A stretch of DNA of 64,000 nucleotides from Promethearchaeota archaeon (GTDB lineage: Archaea; Asgardarchaeota; Lokiarchaeia; Sigyniarchaeales; SOKP01), in contig JAHPZE010000001.1 in the NCBI GenBank assembly GCA_019058365.1, positions 128,001 to 192,000 of the forward strand. Reading direction: 5' to 3'. Below are positions 57,806 through 64,000 of the stretch, one piece after another (within the stretch, counting starts at the first letter, position 1; each line of letters starts with the position of its first letter). The translations under genes were made by a program, and so were the position numbers. The notes under the pieces are model-generated. The model had not been told where the DNA came from. It did not search any database and saw nothing but the letters and a program-made list of their open reading frames with translations.

Positions 57806-59056
57806 TTATTCTTCTTTATATTTTTCTGGATTCACACATTTCCGCCATTGCATAACAGTTTCTAACGGACCTAATCCAATTAGGAGATCTCCCTCTTCGA
57901 AAACAAAATCAGATTTAAAACTATAAATCCATTTATCTTCTCTTTTTAAAGCTATAATATGAAAACCTCGCTTATAGCGTTTATCTTGTAATTCATTATA
58001 TGTTTTGCCTTTAAAGTATGAATCTTCAGATAATGTTTCTCTAACTACGATCTCCCCAGTTTCTCTGATAGCTTGCTGTAAAATTCCATGTGGCTCAAAA
58101 CCTTTAAGAATATTTTCTGCAATATGCGCAGCAGCATCAGATATTAATTCACAACTAAACACAATTCTCATTATTCCTGTAAGATCTCGTGGTGATTCGA
58201 TTAATTTTGCTAAATCAAGAAGATCTTTTTCAAGAGCTAGATTTAAACCGTCCATTAATTCCTCCATTTCTAATACATCTTCCGAAACTTCCTCATTACT
58301 GAAGAATAGCGCTGCCAGTGCCAACTCTATCATAGTTTCTGAAATATCAGTTATTAGAATATAATTTCTTTGGATTTCTTCAACTTTTTCACAAATATCT
58401 GGATTACCAAGATCAAGGATTTGTTCTTTCTCCTCTTCTTCAATTTCAAAAGAAAAAGGTTCTTGATCATAACATAGTTTTTTTAATTCTATAATTGGTT
58501 GAATTTCTCCCTTAACAATTAAAACATCATCTATTAATATTATATCATCTCTCTCAAAAAGCCATTTTCCTTCTCTACGAATAGCAATTAAATCGACTCC
58601 ATATTTAGATCTGAAGTGTATTTCTTTCCTCGGTTGTCCGATAAATTCACACCTTTTATTAACATTTATTTTGACTATAGGTTCGGGTACATAACTAATA
58701 TCTCTAAATAATTGAGTAAAATATGAGATATCATTATTGATATATACTACTCTGGCAATATCAGATAAAGCATCAGATATTTTATCGATAGAATATCCCA
58801 TAACAACGATGGGTTCTAAACTTTTAGCTTCATCCAAACCTCCTGGTGATGCTTGAATAATTTGGAGATTAAGTAAGAATGTAAGTTCATGAATTCTTTG
58901 TTCCATTTTATAAGTTTCATCTGCTAATTCTTTATCTCCAAATTTAATCGCACTATAAGCCAAATCTATCATTAAATCGATATTTTGTTTCATTTCTCTA
59001 ATAATCTCTTTTAGAGAGAGTGGTTTGTACTTAAATTTTTTACTAGGTTTAGTCAT
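57806..59056 (-). CDS. Duplicated PhoU + TrkA-C (RCK_C) domain protein
   Basis: Two units, each with M(I)DLAYSA/MIELALAA helices and IAIRR/IIALKR...GD.L.. RCK_C motifs. Confidence 0.85.
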   Translation of the reverse strand: MTKPSKKFKYKPLSLKEIIREMKQNIDLMIDLAYSAIKFGDKELADETYKMEQRIHELTFLLNLQIIQASPGGLDEAKSLEPIVVMGYSIDKISDALSDIARVVYINNDISYFTQLFRDISYVPEPIVKINVNKRCEFIGQPRKEIHFRSKYGVDLIAIRREGKWLFERDDIILIDDVLIVKGEIQPIIELKKLCYDQEPFSFEIEEEEKEQILDLGNPDICEKVEEIQRNYILITDISETMIELALAALFFSNEEVSEDVLEMEELMDGLNLALEKDLLDLAKLIESPRDLTGIMRIVFSCELISDAAAHIAENILKGFEPHGILQQAIRETGEIVVRETLSEDSYFKGKTYNELQDKRYKRGFHIIALKREDKWIYSFKSDFVFEEGDLLIGLGPLETVMQWRKCVNPEKYKEE

Positions 59057-59093
59057 ATTGTTTTATTCACTCATTTTTCATATAAATTTGTTT

Positions 59094-59645
59094 TTATATA
59101 AATATTATTATAAATACGATTAAGAATAGGGGCGTCAGAAAATCAGCTAGAGATGTAACAAATGGAATTAAAAAATTATTGGGGTCTCTCCCTCGCTTAA
59201 ATAGAAAAATAGCACCAAGAAATAATGCTATAAACATAATAGAAAAAAGCAATAAAACTGTAATTGACATAATAAAAATCATTAATAATGGGTTTACAAT
59301 TCTTATTCCTGAGATAATTCCTACTAAATAGCCTAAAAATAATAGAGAAACTAAGCTCAACAATGTAGTTATGAGTAATCCATAAAAATCTTCTTTTAAT
59401 CGATCTGATATCTGAATTTTAGGCGATAATGTTCCAATATAGAGATGTGTTGTTAATCTTGATACAAGAACCGTGGACATGTCGCCAATTAATGAATTTA
59501 ATGCAGGGATTATTAGAAGCAATATAGGAATAGCAGATAAGATCTCTTTGTTTGAAGATAAAACCGAACCTGAAATCATTCCCATAAGTGAAGATAAAAT
59601 TACAATAATTATTGATTCTTTTAAGATTTTCATATAATATTTCAT
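59094..59645 (-). CDS. MgtE/SLC41-type transporter membrane domain (half 2)
   Basis: IPAL..LIG, SRLTTHLYIG, GRDPNNFLIPFVTSLAD. Confidence 0.85.
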   Translation of the reverse strand: MKYYMKILKESIIIVILSSLMGMISGSVLSSNKEILSAIPILLLIIPALNSLIGDMSTVLVSRLTTHLYIGTLSPKIQISDRLKEDFYGLLITTLLSLVSLLFLGYLVGIISGIRIVNPLLMIFIMSITVLLLFSIMFIALFLGAIFLFKRGRDPNNFLIPFVTSLADFLTPLFLIVFIIIFI

Positions 59646-60200
59646 TTAAGGCACCCCCAGAATTATTATAGTTAAAAGAAAGCAAAAAACTGTAGAAAAA
59701 TCGTCAACGGCTGTCATCACAGGATTTACTACATTATTTGGAGTTAATCCTTTTTTGAAAGCTAAATAATTTAACCCTGTGGAACAAGGAATGGAAATAG
59801 AAAGTGCTAAAATGATTGAAATAATTGGAATAAGAATGAAATACCCCATTGGAAGAATAGTTAATTTGAAAAAGGCTAAATTTAAGATCATTGAGAAAAT
59901 GCCTATAAAAAATGCAGTGATAATTGAGAGGGTATATGTAGCAAGAGCATTTTCGAGCCATGATCTCCTAGATAATGTTCCAATAACTAAATCTCGAGAA
60001 GTTCTAGCTATAAAAGGACCACTTAAATTACCTCTTAGAGATAAAAGCGCAGGAATCATTAATATTAAGACTAAAAAACTATCAAAATGTATAATAAAAA
60101 GGGATAAAATAATTCCAGCTAGGAGATCGCCAATGATCGAAACAATTTCTGATGGGAAGGTTTCTTTGATAATTTTACTTTTAGAATCTTGAGACTCCAT
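59646..60200 (-). CDS. MgtE/SLC41-type transporter membrane domain (half 1)
   Basis: IPALLSLRGN, GLTPNNVVNPVMTAVDD. Confidence 0.85.
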   Translation of the reverse strand: MESQDSKSKIIKETFPSEIVSIIGDLLAGIILSLFIIHFDSFLVLILMIPALLSLRGNLSGPFIARTSRDLVIGTLSRRSWLENALATYTLSIITAFFIGIFSMILNLAFFKLTILPMGYFILIPIISIILALSISIPCSTGLNYLAFKKGLTPNNVVNPVMTAVDDFSTVFCFLLTIIILGVP

Positions 60201-60563
60201 ATGCCTTCCTCATCAGATTCGTTTGAGTTTAATTTATCTTTTTCGAACATTTTTTATACTAGTTTATGGTGAATTTCATTAAAAATTTATTAATAGTTTT
60301 CTTCTTATATTTTAATTAGAATCCATTATATTTAAAAATTTAGATACACCTAATTTATACAAATTAAAATTGAAAATCTGATTCTTTATTTCTGAATAGA
60401 ATTATCTTATAAAATATAACATAAATTTATTAAAAATCAATTGATATTTCTTTAATTATTTTAAATTTGACAAATAATTTTCTTATGTTAACTTACTTTT
60501 TTACTTTTAATAATTAATATTTTCAAAACCTAAACATTCATAGGAATCTAAAAAAATTTTATT

Positions 60564-62285
60564 TTGGAAAAACAATTCATTATATTTGTTTCTGTAAATT
60601 TAGAGTCTTTTACAAATTTAAAGAGTAAATATTTATTGAATCTGTGGAAAACAATAGCAAAAAATGAAATTCGCATCAAGACAAGTCGATTTAGAAAATA
60701 TAGACGATTATTCTTTATTTTAATTTTTTCAATCTCATTATACTGGGGACTTTTTATTGGTCCGTTTTTCATGGATGCAATTATTCCTGAAGTTGTTAAA
60801 GAGTATTCTTATCAATTTGAAGCCCTTATTATTCAATTAATTGAATTTACCTTTATTTCGTTATTTTTGATAGCAATGATGTATCCACTCTTTGTTTTGT
60901 TTAGAAAATCTGAAGTTCTCGAAAAAGAGATTATTTTAGCGACTCCAGTTAAACCCGCTGATATTATCTTTGGAGAATTTTTAGGCCATATACCCTTCTA
61001 TTTTTTATTTGTTTTGATAATTGGTCCTTTTGGATTAACATTAATACTACAAATTAATCCAAGTATGAATATAATTCATTACCTAATTTACTACACATGT
61101 ATTTTTACACTCTATATGTTTGGGTCATTAATTGGAACATTTTTATCTAATTGGATTGAAAAGGTTTTAGGACGTAAAAAATGGAAGGATTATAGTAATT
61201 TTTTTTTACTTTTAATATCAATCTTAGTAATTACAGTCTATTATTCATTTCAATTCATGTTTAATTTCATTAAGATTCATCCAGAATTAAAAGGGATTTT
61301 TTTATTTTACCCCTCTTTTTGGTTTTCAAATATTATTTTATATTTTGTTAGTTTTCCATTGATAGAATCATATGTTCTTAACATTTGGGTTAATGTTCTA
61401 TTAGCAATTCTTATTCCTATTTCAATTTCCTATATTTTTTATAAAAAAGCTAGTTATTTTTATGATTTGAAGATTGTAGCTGAAAAAGAATCTAAAACAT
61501 ACTCTAAAGAAAATGTTTTTCACACTTTTATTAAAAAAATTACTCTCAGAGATTTTAAAGGTTTAATAATCATTCAATTCAAAACATTTTTAAGAAAGAA
61601 AGAAAATATAATGAAATTGATTTATATGATTGGAACTATAAGTGTCCTAGGGGTGCTAATTTATATTTCCTTTGAAGCTAAAGTTTTTTCAATAATAATA
61701 GAACCATTAAATATACCAATAATATTGGAAACACGATTTGACAAAAATGCGATAATATTTATACTGTCTTGGATGGGCGGTTTGATTTTTGGAATATTTA
61801 TGGGTATGTATGATTTTATTGACTCAAAAGAATTATTATATACATATAAGAAATCTCCAAAAGGAACAAAAGCACTTATTTATTCATTTATCTATGAATC
61901 ATTATATATTCTAATTTTTTATGATATTTTCTTAACAATTTTTTTCTCTTTTATATTCCAAATAGACTTTTTAATCTCGTTGTTATTTTTCCTAACATAT
62001 ATAATAAATAGTGAAATAATATTTCTTCAATCAATTGGAATTCAATGTTTTAGACCGCTGTTCGGGGAACGTCGTAAAAACTTGTTTGTTAATAATTATT
62101 TAATTTTATTTATTCAGATAATTTCTTTTTTATTATCGCTCTTTATTTTCATTTATTCTCTAGCAATAATAATAAGTCCTTATTTAGTGCTCATATTGAC
62201 TATATTTACTTATCTTGGAGTTTCAGGATCAATTGCAATTTCTACGTTATATTTTGGTATAAGAAAACTAGATTTAATAGAATGA
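60564..62285 (+). CDS. Polytopic membrane protein, putative ABC-type permease (start uncertain)
   Basis: More than 12 TM segments in two halves; EIILATPVKP.DII.G motif typical of ABC-2-like permeases. Confidence 0.6.
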   Translation: MEKQFIIFVSVNLESFTNLKSKYLLNLWKTIAKNEIRIKTSRFRKYRRLFFILIFSISLYWGLFIGPFFMDAIIPEVVKEYSYQFEALIIQLIEFTFISLFLIAMMYPLFVLFRKSEVLEKEIILATPVKPADIIFGEFLGHIPFYFLFVLIIGPFGLTLILQINPSMNIIHYLIYYTCIFTLYMFGSLIGTFLSNWIEKVLGRKKWKDYSNFFLLLISILVITVYYSFQFMFNFIKIHPELKGIFLFYPSFWFSNIILYFVSFPLIESYVLNIWVNVLLAILIPISISYIFYKKASYFYDLKIVAEKESKTYSKENVFHTFIKKITLRDFKGLIIIQFKTFLRKKENIMKLIYMIGTISVLGVLIYISFEAKVFSIIIEPLNIPIILETRFDKNAIIFILSWMGGLIFGIFMGMYDFIDSKELLYTYKKSPKGTKALIYSFIYESLYILIFYDIFLTIFFSFIFQIDFLISLLFFLTYIINSEIIFLQSIGIQCFRPLFGERRKNLFVNNYLILFIQIISFLLSLFIFIYSLAIIISPYLVLILTIFTYLGVSGSIAISTLYFGIRKLDLIE

Positions 62286-62297
62286 AATTTTCTAAAA

Positions 62298-62564
62298 TTA
62301 TTTCTTATAGCGCTTTATTTTTTTTATAACTCTAATAATTGTATCAAAAATTATAGGAATAGATAAAATAAAGAATCCAATTGGATTAAATATAATATAT
62401 TGAATAACTATAGTAAGGATTTCTATAGTATTAAAAGAAAATAAATGGAAAATAAAAAACATAAAAAGTGCTGATCCAAATATTATTAAAAAGAAATTTG
62501 ATTTTACGCTTGATATAAAAAGGATTATAATAAATAATAAAATAATAGATTCTGCAAATTTCAT
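62298..62564 (-). CDS. Small hydrophobic membrane protein
   Basis: 88-aa hydrophobic ORF with basic tail; could be spurious in AT-rich DNA. Confidence 0.45.
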   Translation of the reverse strand: MKFAESIILLFIIILFISSVKSNFFLIIFGSALFMFFIFHLFSFNTIEILTIVIQYIIFNPIGFFILSIPIIFDTIIRVIKKIKRYKK

Positions 62565-62632
62565 ATCATAACTATTAATAATTAATATCTATTAAATTTT
62601 AAAATAAAAAAAAAATTATAATTAGTATAACA

Positions 62633-64000
62633 TTACTTATCTCGTTTTCGAATATAATAGATTATACCTATTACGGTTAATGGAAACACTACTAAAAGAG
62701 TTGCAATTTCATATCCCGGAATCTCTCCTCCTGCAGTTACCAGATTAATGCTTACTGCTACGACACCATCACTAGACAAACTAGCTTGATTAAGAAGTCC
62801 AATAGTATTCCAATTTGCCGATACTTCAATGGCTTCTGGATGTCCAGTTGTAGCAATTGTGGCTTCAGTCGTGATAGTTTCCCAATTGTAATTATTAGCA
62901 ACGATTAAACCTTGAGTAAATACAACTTGATCTAATAACGCTATTTTCTGATCTGAATATGTTGATGGATCTACAATATAACCATTAGTTGTGAAATTAA
63001 GAAGAGTCTGCATTATTATTGTCGTAGTTGAATTTGAGTCTGATAAGGAAAGAGAGCCTGATCCCGAGAATAAATCATCTAATGAAGTCCAGGTTTCCAT
63101 ATCGACACTAATAAAGAGTGTCATATCTATAGGGGTTGCTCTTTGGCCTCCTAAGGTTGATTCTATTTCTGGATTGATTTGATCTATAGCAATTTTTACC
63201 CCAATGGTTGAAGGAAACCCTCCCATTGTCTCTACCGTTGACATCAACGACTCCCACTCTGGTAAAACCATTGTTGTCCATAGAGTTTTAGCTTGTTCTA
63301 ATTCGTAATTGAGTAATTCTTGTATAGTCATAGTCATCCAATCAGTGGGAAACATACCTGTAGGCATAGATTGATTCATATAATAAAGCCCCATATCAAT
63401 TCCCCACTCAAGTATTTCTAATGCTGTTGCTCCCTCCAAAGATGGATCAATTGAAGTAAGACTATAATTCAAATAATCTGCTAAAGTATCTATATAATTT
63501 GAAATTGGCAGAGAGTCCCATCCAGAAGGAGATGTACTGTTAATCATATACCATAATCCGTCTAACATATAACTAAGATTAGCATTCCATATTTCAGATG
63601 GAATCATAAGGGGAAGGAATTCACCAATTGTATATGTATCAGCTCCAGGAGGTAACATCATATAAGCCGTTGATAATAGTTGATCCATCATTAAGTAAGT
63701 CAAAAAGCTTTCTGTCGCTGAAGGAAAAGATTCTATTAGAAGAGTCTCAAAGAATTCCTGCAAAGTCATATCATACCATCCACTAGGTAAAATACCCATT
63801 AATAATGTATCATTTAATTCACTTAGGGCAAGATTTAGCATAAAGGGAATGGGTTGATCTTCCCAACCAACAGGAAGTGTCTCATTAAGCCCATTAATCA
63901 TTGCATCGACGAAAGTAGAATAATTTAAAGATTGCCAATTATCAGGGATTTCTCCAGAAAGAAATGTTGAATTAAAGTTCGTTATAAAATGGTCAAGAGT
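62633..64000 (-). CDS. Partial (5' end beyond window) surface protein with PxxW repeats and IPGY-TM-basic C-terminal sorting signal
   Basis: Frame stays open from 63901 to 64000 (TLDHFITNFNSTFLSGEIPDNWQ...); C-terminus GGEIPGYEIATLLVVFPLTVIGIIYYIRKRDK. Confidence 0.8.
   Translation of the reverse strand, partial: TLDHFITNFNSTFLSGEIPDNWQSLNYSTFVDAMINGLNETLPVGWEDQPIPFMLNLALSELNDTLLMGILPSGWYDMTLQEFFETLLIESFPSATESFLTYLMMDQLLSTAYMMLPPGADTYTIGEFLPLMIPSEIWNANLSYMLDGLWYMINSTSPSGWDSLPISNYIDTLADYLNYSLTSIDPSLEGATALEILEWGIDMGLYYMNQSMPTGMFPTDWMTMTIQELLNYELEQAKTLWTTMVLPEWESLMSTVETMGGFPSTIGVKIAIDQINPEIESTLGGQRATPIDMTLFISVDMETWTSLDDLFSGSGSLSLSDSNSTTTIIMQTLLNFTTNGYIVDPSTYSDQKIALLDQVVFTQGLIVANNYNWETITTEATIATTGHPEAIEVSANWNTIGLLNQASLSSDGVVAVSINLVTAGGEIPGYEIATLLVVFPLTVIGIIYYIRKRDK

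Noticed and set aside
9468-63182. Numerous short ORFs nested in or antisense to longer genes (e.g. 14348..14716, 25894..26232, 58005..58364, 59779..60192)
   Set aside because: They overlap well-supported genes and have no recognisable motifs; treated as shadow ORFs.
1-64000. tRNA/rRNA genes, IS elements, integrases, proviral genes
   Set aside because: No GC-rich structured RNA-like segments, transposase or integrase motifs, or terminal repeats seen by eye; a covariance-model scan would be needed to exclude small RNAs.

Overview
Very AT-rich, gene-dense archaeal chromosomal segment. The gene content (TBP, TFB, MtrH, archaeosortase, UPF0147, AOR, plus small GTPases, roadblock and longin-like domains) points to an Asgard archaeon, most likely Lokiarchaeia (inference). 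I found no rRNA, tRNA, CRISPR array or transposase. The first ~21 kb is rich in eukaryote-like GTPase signalling genes: two Rag/Arf-like GTPases with C-terminal roadblock domains, a Zn-ribbon-roadblock protein, two Rab-like GTPases, Rab pseudogene remnants and three copies of a uDENN/longin-like domain. One copy is fused to a Rab-like GTPase and carries a DSLRRG loop matching the folliculin/SMCR8 GAP arginine finger. Other highlights are a tandem pair of SERCA-like P-type ATPases with PINL in place of PEGL in M4 (flippase-like) and Asp-to-His in M6, an ATP-cone NrdD homologue lacking its catalytic and radical elements, a 1346-aa receptor-like protein with a cytoplasmic Mon1-like longin domain, and an archaeosortase with a candidate IPGY-CTERM substrate. 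The rest is metabolic or housekeeping (ppsA, kbl/tdh, BKACE, acyl-CoA ligase, LLM oxidoreductases, HDAC, SET pair, nfo, hxlB, MgtE halves). Eukaryotic motif comparisons are from memory and need alignment or structure checks.
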